Source of the DNA: Phoronis australis
Taxonomy: Eukaryota; Animalia; Phoronida
DNA length: 64,000 nt
Assembly: GCA_002633005.1 (NCBI GenBank)
Contig: NMRA01000617.1
Location: forward strand, 8,367-72,366
Direction: 5' to 3'
This document shows positions 53,101 to 64,000 of the stretch, piece after piece. Each line of letters starts with the position of its first letter. The first letter of the stretch is position 1. The translations under genes were made by a program, and so were the position numbers. Below the pieces are notes generated by a model that saw only the letters and a list, made by a program, of their open reading frames with translations, had not been told where the DNA came from and ran no database searches.

Positions 53101-56100
53101 TTTCTTCAAAAAAATTAAAAGTTTCTGAATTTCTCTCATCAAGTTTTCTGACTGACAAGAGTATTTACGTGTACAACTTTTAAAATATCCAAACGTGAAA
53201 CGTTTAAAGTTACGAATGAAGTGATTTTAAAACAGTGAGTTGAGAAAACTCAATCAAACTTACAAATAAGCAAAGTAAAAAGAAAAATTATCTTGAAATG
53301 GCCAACACTGACCAATATATCAGCACGATGACTACAAACCTTTCAATAAGAGCAACATTTTCCTCTTTCAGTCGTCCGTGTTTATCGGCTGTATTCACCT
53401 GGTTTTCAGTTAAAAGTTGGATTTTTTCTTCAAGATTTTTAACCTGTCGTGAAATACAAGAGAAAATTGGAAACAAACAGACTTAGTCAAAACGCTTTAA
53501 AACTGACTTTCATATCCTGAACATACGTTGTCATGTCCTCACATGAACTAATGTTCATTTGCTCATCTACCATCAAACCTAGATGCCGGCTGAACACCAG
53601 GTAAAATGGAGAATATCCAGTGTAAGCCTGAGGGCTGGCATTATAAGCAAAAACACATCTTAGCAACACTTAGGCCACTTGGATTTCTGATCCTCATGTT
53701 CAACAATGTTTCATTCATAACCATTAAAATAACCAAAATAAGTATTTTAATACTTTTTAAATTTTTTGAAAAAATTGCCAAGTTTAATGCTTCTGCCCAA
53801 GAACACACTTTAGTATGCTAAAATCCATTTCATGAAAAATTGGAACAAAACTTCAGCTTGACTTGACTGGCAATCTAGGGATTTGTTCTAAGGCAGTTCA
53901 ACACCTCACCAACAACCTTGAGAATAGCTCAATTATTGTTCATCCAAGTTGCAAAAAGTCTAGACTTAACAGCTTGTTACAATTGTAAACAATTGTTTTT
54001 ATCAACTATGGCTGCTACTTGCTATCATTGTAACTTGTAACTTTAAACTTTCCCTATGATGTCACTTAGTGTCACTTAATGGCTAATTTAAAATTCATGT
54101 TCTGCAAGCTGACATTGCAATCCCAGAATGCATTTGTAAGAGCACTACTTGCACTACTGCTCACGGTACACACCAAAAGTACTCCAACAAAATACTGTTT
54201 TTTTGTCATGACGGTTCATTCCAGAGACTCTGATATCCATCATGAGGGAGAATTCTGGGAAAATTTGCCCGAATATTTTTAGTGTGTACGGTATTACAAC
54301 AATTATGAATTAATACATGACATCACCTTATCGTTGATCTCGTGGAAGTTTTCGTCGATGTCATCCATTACATCTTCAGAAAAGCTGCTCCGCCTACTGC
54401 CCTGATTGGACGACGCTGGACGTTGAAGAAGATGGCTGTAGCGACACACAACATGTGATTTGTTTGGTAACGTACAAAAAGTGCAAATTTTGAACAAATC
54501 AATAGAATTTTAAGATCCTGGCTTCACTGAACTACATTCACTTGAAAGGCAAATATCAATTCAATTTTTTTCGCCATTTCAAACCTCTTTCATATGATTG
54601 TGTTCTTGACAAAATCTGGTAGAACTGAATTTTAGTACCCTGACTTCTCAATCAACAACTCAAGCCGGAGTAAACATGCCACTTTCTACCATTGTAATGG
54701 CATTCCTTATTTTGATACTTTCTGCATTTACTAAGAAATAGTCCATGCAAAATGAAATTATTGTAAAATGGAAAACCATTGCATTGAACAACTTTGCAAA
54801 AACACGTTCTGATAAGTTTGTGAAAATAGTGGAATTAGTGCGGTCACAATTTCCGTCATTATACAATAACACAAAATAATTCCAATACCCAATATAAAAA
54901 CCACACAGAACATAAAAAGAATTTTTTTTCTTTTTTAACAGTGGCAAGAATATCTATTTTTAGCAAATGCTGTAAACCAACACAGTGTGTACAACTCACT
55001 TGGCATATACTGCAGACGAAATTCGCCTTGTGTTGCTGAAATAGAAATCACGACGTGTATTAGAACTTTCATTCAACATTTTAATGAAAAATTCTAGAGA
55101 ACCTCACTTAAACAAAGTACAAGGGTTACAGAAACCCTCTCAGGAAGTACGTCTCAGATTGCCACAAAACTTTTGGACTTTTGAATTAAGTTATAACCAT
55201 TTAATAACACAGAACATCAGGAAGGAAAACAGTACTTGACAGCATTTGAGAACAGGATGTATGGCCCAATATTCAGCTAGATTAAGGAAACATTATTTCA
55301 CAAGCAGTTGAAACATTGAAAAGCACACTATGAACAAAACAAAAGTGCAGAAACGCAAACAGAAAGAAAATGATACAAAATAACACAAGTGCTGACACAT
55401 CCAAAAAGCCTTCATCTTAACAAGGTACAAAGTGAAGAGAGAGAGACTTCGCTGATGCAATTTCCCAGATCATTATCTCTATTCAAACTGACCACAAAGA
55501 AAACATCAGCAGGCTCATTAAAAACTGTTTCATTTTTCATTTTTAATTTTTTTCAACCAGGTTATAACCAAAAAATATAAACTAGGTGTAATCATAATTC
55601 ACCCAAGTTAGGTAAATGAAAACAGCCATGACTTCTACTATTTCTTCATAAGACTATTTCTAAAGCAATGTCAGATATCGACATTATTTCCTACAATGGG
55701 TTAAAATGCTAAAAATATACCGCATTATTGTCTTCCAGGCTCCCGCACTGTAACACAACACAGATATTTACTAATAGAATACATGTAGAATTTGTGCAAA
55801 CCAGGCACACAATAAAAGACCTAGACCCTTTAAAACAAATAGTTAGGCCAAAGAATATAATTAGTTCTGGTCTCTGTTTTTGAAAATCCAGTTGGTGGTA
55901 AGGTATTTCTCTGGTTTCTCGCTTTTTCAACAATGAAATCTACTAAAGACTAGTAAGCAAAAATGATGCGGGATTCATTTCTTGATTGTTACCTTACCGA
56001 ACCATGGTGGCGTTACAAGTCTCGTTTTTCTTTCCTTACCTGCCTTTGAGCAGTTTTTCAGAAAAAAATGATACCTTGGATGAAATTGAAGTTCTCTGTT

Positions 56101-59100
56101 GCTTTTTTAGTTTATGAGCCCATGTCTCAAAATGAGTTTGGGTAGAAACCAGAACCAATAATGGTATTTTGGCCTCATACCAACTGTATATTTAAAAAAA
56201 AATGGCAATGTTATTGTCCAATTAAAAACTTAAAGTAACTCGCATAGTGCCCATCACAATCGATATTTACAACACTTTGAGCTCTCTTAAAATCATCAAA
56301 ATGCTTAAATTAAAATATGTTATTACCACACAAAATACTTGAGTTTAGTTCTAACCTAAGGCATGCAATGTGCGGAATACACAAGTCACTCATCCTATTT
56401 TACCCAGCATGCAAGTGTATCATGCTCTAAGATAGTGTCTGGCTATAGATAAATATTCCAGCTTTGCAGCTGTCTGGACCACTGATCAGTAGACTCTGAG
56501 CAGCTGGTTACAGCAGGTTTAAAGTCTTACTCAAACAGATTTTTGTTCCTCTTGATGTATTGGGAGATTCAGATGATTCTTGCAATACTTTGGCAACACA
56601 AGGAAACATGTTTTAAGCACTCAAAACACAGGCACCTCGAGAAATATGTGAGGTAGTCTTCCCAGCCATATTGCATCACCCCGAGAAAACAACAAAAAAA
56701 AGAACAGTCGATAGCACTTAATTTTGGTCATTCGCACATGTCGTACCTGCAGTAGAAATACAACAAGTGCTGTGATACCGTGACTGGATATATACTTTGT
56801 ACCATTATCAAGGTAAGGCTTTAATAATACCGCATAACACAACGGATAATACCACGTAACACAACCGACAGGAACTCTACACTATATCCTTGAAATAGAT
56901 ATACATAGCAGGAGGGTGCCATCAATATCAGAGAATACATAGTTCACAGTTTGCAGAGAAAACCGGATTACACAATGAAGACTTAAGTTGCACACAACTT
57001 TGCCATAGAGCTTTGATAATGATGTCTGGGCACACTGAACGTGCCAATTATAAAATATGAATTGAAAGAATGGTGCAGGTCTTTTGTGAGATGATAAATG
57101 CTGGTTGAGATATATGTAAACACAGAGGAGAATACATACTACGCTTTAAAATTTTAATGAGTGTTTGAAAGACACGATAATTAGCAAATAGCATGGTCTC
57201 ATCATTCTCAGTACACTGTTTTAGAAAGTTGAAGCAGGCATGCCCAAGACAGAGAGTTAATATATAATGAGATATGAACGTCTTCACTATTTACAAAACG
57301 CTAGGCATATTTTCACTGCTTACACTTTGTTACCATATGCTTCATTCTCATGCATACAAAGTGTCTTGAAACACAGCCATAGAATACCAACATTTTGCTA
57401 GAATTTTGGACGCAATATAAGAAGTTCCATCTATTTCACAATATATACCACAGTTCCTATGTCAAGTCAAATTTCGAAAAAGCGCAAAATATCCAACCGC
57501 ATAAGTCCTACCTTAACTCCATTCTGGTTTTCATTTTCTACCAGGTGTTAACTGCATGGCTTTAGATGCAGAGCTGGTATCTTAGCAAGAACGAAAACAC
57601 GGTGTCCATTAAACTTCCTAAATACACTGAGGATTATATATAGCCTACAAGTATATATGCATTCATTGTAATGCCATGCACGTTAAGTGATTTATGTACT
57701 ACTGCATAACATGCTCCTTAGGAATAATAATTAAAGTAAGATATTAGGGTATGGTACGTCACAGGCACTAGGGAAATGAGAACCTAAAAGTAATAGTAAT
57801 AATGTTACATGCCTCTAACCATGCAGGAGACTGTGCTAGCTAGACTTGTTGTAGAGTCTATCTTAGGGACCACATCATGATAAGGATCACTATTACATGG
57901 ATGACTAAGAAAGGGTATTGATGTGGTCACATAAATAGTAATTTTCTTAATGTCACTGCACCAACTGTGGCTTATCATTTATTAGTCTTTTAGAAAAGAC
58001 TTCAATACTGTGAGTGAGTACTGGTCCCCAAAACAGCACCTTGACTGAAAGTAACAGTTGAAGCAAAACTGCCGTTCTAAGACACTCAGCCAGACACATC
58101 ACAGGAAACAGAGACATCCCATATTCAACTCTCCTCTTTCGTGGAGGTAGAAAAACATATTGTATGACTGACCTAGTTTTCAAAAGCAGGAAAATGGTCA
58201 AACAAAAGACGAACACTTTATCGCGTCCGCTTGGCTATTTAAATTTGTTAGTCTGCATTGCAATTCGCTATGCAATAGTAAAACCCTATTAAAATTAGCA
58301 TGTCATGACCATACCTTTTCTTCATCACAGAATGTTATATCCATATTCTCTCAGGCACAGTTTCTATTTTGAGTTAGTAATGCACATAATTAGCCGATAA
58401 AGTCATGCTGGAAACTACTTTCCATTATTTGACCAATTTTGAAAATTCAAGAACCCACATAGTTAATTTTTTACTCCTCTATTATGATTTTATGGTTTCC
58501 AGTTTTATGTCCCAAAAATAGAAAAATACAGCCTAGGTGCTTTCAAGCCTACAATCTGTTAAGAACGATAATTACCCTCAATGTGGGACCAAGTGAATAG
58601 TCATTCTATTGATGACTAGACCCCTATTAGAACCCATCAGGTTGGCCATGTGATCTTGGAGACATTCAAAAGATTTCTCCACATGGAATGGCGAACGGCG
58701 AAAAAAATTCTGTAGTTGTAAAATAGAGAACATCGCAGAAACAAACAACTATCGACCAAGTGTCCTACTGGTGTAGGGCATTCTGGGTAAATACCGAAGA
58801 ATCTGAACAGCACTAAGGTATTTTAGGAAGTGACAAATATATTTGCTTTTCCAATTCATTGACGACCCATTGAAATGTGTTTATTCCTAGATGACAGTGG
58901 TTCAGCTCCATCTTCAATTCACATGCTATTCAGGTCAAGACTCAATGCAATGGTAATTTACATAGATCGCCTTGGATTCAAAGTTAAAAACATGAAGCCG
59001 TATGTACCATTATGGTAGGAGGCTCAAATTACTAGACACAAAAAAGCAACATTGTCAAAAGTCTGTGTACATAAAGCCAACAAAAAATGTTTCCCTTGGT

Positions 59101-60877
59101 CGACTCAGTCCATTTTGTCCAAGAAATAGTCGAGGGTGCATCAGGTAGAAGAGGCTTCTGTGTTTTTAGTATCCTAAAGAGTACCATGCTGGATCTTTAT
59201 CACTCCATCCAAAATCACTTAAGCATATATTGCAGTCCAACTCCTGAATCAAACAACCCAAAAATCCTCGGCGGACAATAATTTCACGGTGATCAGTAAC
59301 GGAAAACTAACAACAAAACAAAAGGCACATCTACAGTCATGCACAGTACTGTGCCACACAACAGGACACTAGATGGCAGCACAACAAAAGAGCAGTCACT
59401 CTAGACAAGCAGTACCAGCTGAGATGACCCTTCTTCTGTTTTGAGCCGGGACTCTTCATTTTCCTAGCGGAAAGTGATATTCACATGGAGCCACAATATG
59501 TACACTTAGGTTAATGTATTACAGTGCTATTGTAATTGTAATTACTTAATTTCAGCTATAATGATTGAAAAATTTAATTATCATAAACACTATAATATGA
59601 AGTATAAAAATATATATCAAATACACAATCATGCTCTGTTGAAAATATATATTTCACTCTGCATTTACTGTCCAGAGTCAAATAAACCTTGGGTTTTCAC
59701 AAAATACAAAAGATATGTTGAATCAGTTTCATTTGGCAAGGTCACTGTACCAACACACCTTGCGGTGTATCCATTAAAAAGCAAAACAATATAAAAAAAC
59801 TACAACACTGCTATTACCACCAAAACAAAAATGTGAGAGAAATGTGATGAACCAAAGTGTTACCTACACCATTGTCTGAAATTACTTAAAACATCCTCGT
59901 ACAATACCTTTGTTTTGCTTTTTCTGCCACTTCAGGAGTCTGGTGTTCACCCTCTGATTCACCGAAATCCTCAAACTTTTCCTCTTCATCAGACACCTCC
60001 TGATCTCGCCTGTAAAGTTTCAAGTGATGTTACAAAGTGAGAGAAAATTAAAAGATCAGTCCCAAGATGGCCTACCCAACTACCTAAACGGTCACAGTCC
60101 GACATTTGCAAGCGAAGCTGAACCCCCTGTATACGTAGTCAAGTATTTCAGGTGCAGTTCACCTTTGTCTTGAAGCCAACCGAAAAAAAAAAAGATTTGT
60201 AACAAAATCCAAAAAAACAATGGATTTTTCTGTTTTATAGTTGTGATCAAAGCTAATAACTATTTCAAGCAACAATACAAAAAAAGTATTTTTGTAGTAA
60301 AACAGATTACGTCTATTAAACCAGTGACTGCAAGTCTCCTTGTTTCAAAAAACGAAAGTAGAAATAAGTTTACAAGATAGAAGTCATTTACACAAAAGCA
60401 AAAGCAAAAAACAATAAAAATATAGTGAGATTATGCATTCAATTCTTGTCTCGAGATCCATTCACCATTGCATGCTCATTGTGAAGACCATGTCAAGTAA
60501 TTTTTTCTACCTAAATGCCCAACACAAAACAGAAGCTTGCGAAAGTCCTTGTAATATTTACTGCCCTACAGCACCTCCAGCATTATTCCATGTCTTGTTC
60601 ATCACCTTCACTATATTCAAAGTTGTCTATGTCGCCAAGGCAACAGAAGCAGTTATAAATAAGATCAATGACAGGTAGGCAGAGAGATTTACCTTGAGTC
60701 TTGTAGCTCAGATGATGGCCCAGAGATGGCGCTGTCCCTGTCATCTTCAGACACGTTGCTGGGAATGTTTGGACTATGGAGGCCGGGATCAAGGAGGTTG
60801 CTAGGCAATGTGTCTTCGTCTGTATTCATGTCATACTCTTGGAACGTATTAACACTGATCTCGGAGATTTCCTGCAT
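41128..60877 (-). CDS. RAB11FIP4: Rab11 family-interacting protein class II (RAB11FIP3/4, Drosophila nuf-like), 5'-incomplete
   Basis: Exons in transcript order: 60693-60877, 59908-60009, 55000-55035, 54327-54435, 53340-53443, 49450-49590, 48860-48941, 48156-48293, 46906-47037, 45425-45565, 41128-41253; all GT-AG with consistent phase. The C-terminal FIP Rab-binding domain SLAAEM...LMTALQEQQEVNVKLREYVDRIILTIMESNPSILEIK is diagnostic. Also EEKFEDFGE, RRISSAVYANHLLQ, LKEENVALIERVHSLEEQLRD and NEELNAMLL. Probably co-orthologous to both FIP3 and FIP4. Confidence 0.93.
44130..44335 (+). mobile_element. Highly decayed Gypsy-like RT remnant
   Basis: Pieces EQVKF...QGVRADL...GLHRF.G across frameshifts resemble the Gypsy pattern V.FLG..I...GV.ADP.K...L.RFLG. 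Confidence 0.3.
44945..45030. repeat. Imperfect (ACT)n microsatellite
   Basis: ACTACTAATAACTACTATCACTAACTATTACTACTACT... Confidence 0.85.
46330..46720 (+). mobile_element. Highly decayed Gypsy-like RT/RNaseH-linker remnant
   Basis: Across frameshifts: KLN..ITNL/GH..GV/QPAETEVK..ELKKP...LASVTNPFGHL...QQ.AF. Confidence 0.3.
47104..47570 (+). mobile_element. tRNA-derived SINE head interrupted by a ~395-bp MITE (47152-47546)
   Basis: Pol III A box TGGCTCCGTGG (47108-47118) and B box GGTTCGAATCC (47550-47560) are separated by an insert bounded by GGCCCGGT...ACCGGGCC, with CCG/CAG flanks. Confidence 0.65.
47957..48142. repeat. Short tandem duplications next to a Rab11-FIP splice donor
   Basis: ACCTGTAG..TGTAAACAGCAGTTTACACA(T/C)TGTAGTAACAG three times; GTTTCCCAATACCACTGACACC twice. 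Confidence 0.85.
50778..51027. mobile_element. MITE (~250 bp) with 15-bp imperfect terminal inverted repeats
   Basis: CATGCGCGCACCCAG ... CTGGGTACGTGCATG; internal AAAAGGTCC/AAAAGTCC motifs and a GC-rich hairpin. Confidence 0.65.
52673..52693 (-). CDS. Candidate 21-nt cassette microexon of Rab11-FIP
   Basis: TTTTTGTTCACTGTCTTCAG|CCTGAGCGACCTGCCATCCAA|GTAAGT; phase 2-2, matching the host intron. Confidence 0.55.
53487..53700 (-). mobile_element. Gypsy/Ty3 integrase C-terminal fragment
   Basis: DQKSKWP.. followed by VFAYNASPQAYTGYSPFYLVFSRH, matching the W...L..FAYN...H..TGYSPF.L.FGR integrase motif. Confidence 0.75.
55998..56011 (-). CDS. Candidate alternative first coding exon of Rab11-FIP (M-V-R)
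   Basis: GCCACCATGGTTCG|GTAAGG: consensus Kozak and a strong donor in phase 2, matching the next exon (55000-55035). Confidence 0.45.
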
Positions 60878-63800
60878 CTAGAAATAAAGATTTTGCTTGA
60901 CATGCACTTCATATCAAAAGTAAAGTACCTGTTACTAATATTGGCATAGTTGAACTCATTGCCACGATATTTATGCCAGTTGAGCAAAACATAAAATCCA
61001 AATTTTCACTTTCAAGTGCCCTTGTTTATTTATACGTCCAACTTCAGTTCGTGACAAAGACAATATGGATAATGTGAGGCAATTCTGCTTATAAGTTCAT
61101 ATTAAAAAATAGTTACCTCTTCACAATTAAACATCAATTAAATACTTTAAACTACAGTATAGGGAACAGCTACAAATGTTTTACAAACTGCAACCCCTAC
61201 CACAGACAAACATTTCTAAAATTCACCAAGACAAGTATATGGATCCAAGGTCATGACCCCTCAGTCTAACATAGAAGACACTTCATGTTCATATAATGCA
61301 GCAATAGAAAACAGGTCCAGCAGATAGGGTCAGTGCCCCCCTCGATCTAACCCTAAGGAAAGTCATTTGAAAAACCTCCAGCACAATGTTTTTCTAATCA
61401 AATATTGAAAGATCTCATCAATCAAAGGTGATGTAACCATTTGTGGACAGACAGTGATCATATGTTCCTTTCCTATTCACGCCATCAATCATCAATTCCA
61501 TTCAAACTCCCCACAGGTAATCTCACTGACTGACTCCTCCCTGACAATAACAAGAACTACAGAATGGTTATCAAAGCTCTAGATTAAACACTAATGTCGC
61601 TGTGGAGTCACACAAGATCGCGAATTTGTACGTCGCATCCACCAGCTTTTTCTCCCACCTGCGTGTCTTCAACTTTTCACACTATAGTTTAATTCACCTG
61701 TTTTGGAAAGAGCTGCGAAGGCACTTTAAGTAAAAATTTAGACCTTCCCACATTTCCAAAACAGGGTACTTGACACACTAGTGAGAAAGTGATCATAGAA
61801 CTACATCCTGCTTCAACATTTCTATGAATGTTGGTAAATAATCTCTCCTTTGCTCAACAATAGATCTAAATCTCTATGCATGATAATTTTAAACTTATTT
61901 CGCACAAATATATTTTCCTGATAGTTAATTAAGGTTTGCAAAATAAATAGGCTACACAGACTTTGTAATGGATGGGTGTGCAAAGTTAACTGAGATTCGA
62001 CAACTGTGAGAATTTAACAAAATGCGACGTGCCAAGGTAATCTAACTAACAGTAATTAAGTTACTTTTTCCTGTTCCGATATAAAGAGTGCTTTACTAAA
62101 AAATTAATGAAACACTCTTTTGGTAATGTGACTCTGAGCAACACTACGCTTATCCAGGTCACCTCTATCACCTCACATTAACAACAACACGAGATAACCC
62201 ATATTCAAATGAATGAATTAATACTCTAAGTAGGACCCATGCTTTATGCACAAAAAAAACGAAATAATTTAGAAAACTGAAACAACCCTTTTGATAATTC
62301 CTCTGGATCAAACACTATTTGGTCATGTTTGATACCATTGTTTACCTATGGATACACCTTTTTTGCAAAATTTCATTAAGAATACATGGTCATGCGACCT
62401 GATTTTATAAACCTAAAATTGCACAGGCTTTCTACTTTCAGAAAATATATACTTTTACTGTATACATAAGGTCCTACAAAATCAAATGCATTGTGTGTAT
62501 TACTAGAATTAATGACTGGGCTTTGCATTGTTGACATTTCCGAAGTGCAAAACTGACTGCGAATCAGGCGAGACAAGAAATTTTCACCAAATAGCTTCGC
62601 GAGAAATAAGTGAGGAACAACGTATTATTTTTCCAAATAATTTTGGGTGTGTGAAATGAGATGAGTGTGCGGAATGACTGGAGAATTACTGTACCACAAG
62701 CGTGTCTCTTTAGAAATTTTCTCCCTAGAAATGCAAATTGATGTAAAATCCATATTCAGTAAAATCACCACTTTCAAACAAAAAATTGGCCTCTAAGATT
62801 GTTATGAACGCCTGCACTTTTTCAAAATATTGTCTGGCAGTAGCTAAAGAATATATAAAAATGGTAAAATAATTAAACGTGCATTTCGTCCTGATAACTA
62901 GCTGGCAGCCAGCTAAAACGGAAATCTAATAAATCTCTCATAAGACTCCTTACCATGCAGGACTCTATTTCCATAACTAACAAAAATCTGGAAACAATCA
63001 GACACTGAAGACAAGCTTCAGAATTTATTGTGGTTGGCCAACCCTAAAATTGCAAATTCGAAAATGGGGTATATACTCATTGCCTGTGAGTTGAGTTGCA
63101 AACAGAAACAGAATCCCATATACACATGCCAATCAAATGGGATAAATTCATTTAAGAGACTTTCAAAGATTAAGCAATAGGGGATGGTCGTGGAGGTACC
63201 AGGAGTAACTTCTGTACAACAAGTGGCATAGAGGAACACCAAACACACTTGTTCAGTGTATGTGATCAGACATGAGGAGTCACAAATAAAAGTGCCACTG
63301 GGCAACTGTCCTCTAGAGGTCAATACCATATGGTCACATAGTCTGCACCACATGCAGTTGTTCACACATGTTCATAATATAAACACATACATAGTTCCCC
63401 AAGCACTTTACATGTAAACACTAAGTAAAATGGTGAACAGGTTTTCCTTCTAGTTAGCTAAATATGACCAAACTAAATATATTTGAATTGAACACTTAAA
63501 ATGTCCGTCTACTATTCAACTGTGCAACTTCCAGGTGTATACATCAGCAATATACCAGCAGTTTGTTTCCTACATACAAGTCAAGTGGTTAATATTGTGT
63601 TTAATAAATGAAAATAAATCTTGAATGGTATATGATGCAGTCTAATGGCTAGGAAAATACACATTGAAGCTTGATTCTTGAACTATGCTAGGTCCACTGA
63701 AGAATTTCTTGCATACAAAAAACAGCAAGCCTTACTCAGACATTAACCTCAGGCAATCAAAACTAGCTTTAAAATAAAATTAAACATTTTCCCAGTGGTT

Positions 63801-64000
63801 TTCTCTGAGCCCTAGTGTTTCGCAGGTCAAACAAGGGCAAGATGTCCTACATTGAATTGCCTATAAATCAGCAACAGGGACAATGCTGGCTGATCACATA
63901 CAAAAACACTTGAGACAGAGTTGATAAGCAGTAGTCCACAGAATCCAGTTAGCTTGCGAAAATGTTTTGCTTCTTACCCACACTTCAACAAAATGTAAAT

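Noticed and set aside
57512-57580. Possible extra Rab11-FIP exon with donor AAG|GTAGGA
   Set aside because: Open readings are not phase 2-2 or contain stops, and the acceptor is weak.

Overview
This is AT-rich, intron-rich animal (probably marine invertebrate) genomic DNA. It has no prokaryotic gene organisation, and most ORFs in the supplied track are spurious or are single exons. By reading GT-AG splice sites and phases I assembled four spliced genes. (1) An orphan coiled-coil gene on + (solid from 8644 to 11562; 5' exons at 1-2.5 kb are tentative). (2) A 4-exon TEX264-family GyrI-like gene on + (14532-16335, 197 aa) that has an MGGAC lipidation-type N-terminus in place of the usual transmembrane helix. 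(3) A 12-exon LRRC74-like LRR plus EF-hand gene on + (21703-37491, 538 aa). (4) A Rab11-FIP3/4 (nuclear fallout-like) gene on - (41128 to at least 60877; 5' end probably outside the window) with a ~3 kb 3' UTR, a candidate 21-nt microexon and candidate alternative first exons. Introns and spacers hold truncated LINEs (L1/Tx1, CR1/L2), a Helentron-type non-autonomous element, hAT and Gypsy fossils, MITEs, a tRNA-derived SINE, minisatellites and a ~1 kb duplication at an N. I found no CRISPR array, rRNA or intact tRNA, and no clear new multi-gene system. The best novelty candidate is the rewired TEX264 paralog. Homology calls rest on remembered motifs, not on database searches.
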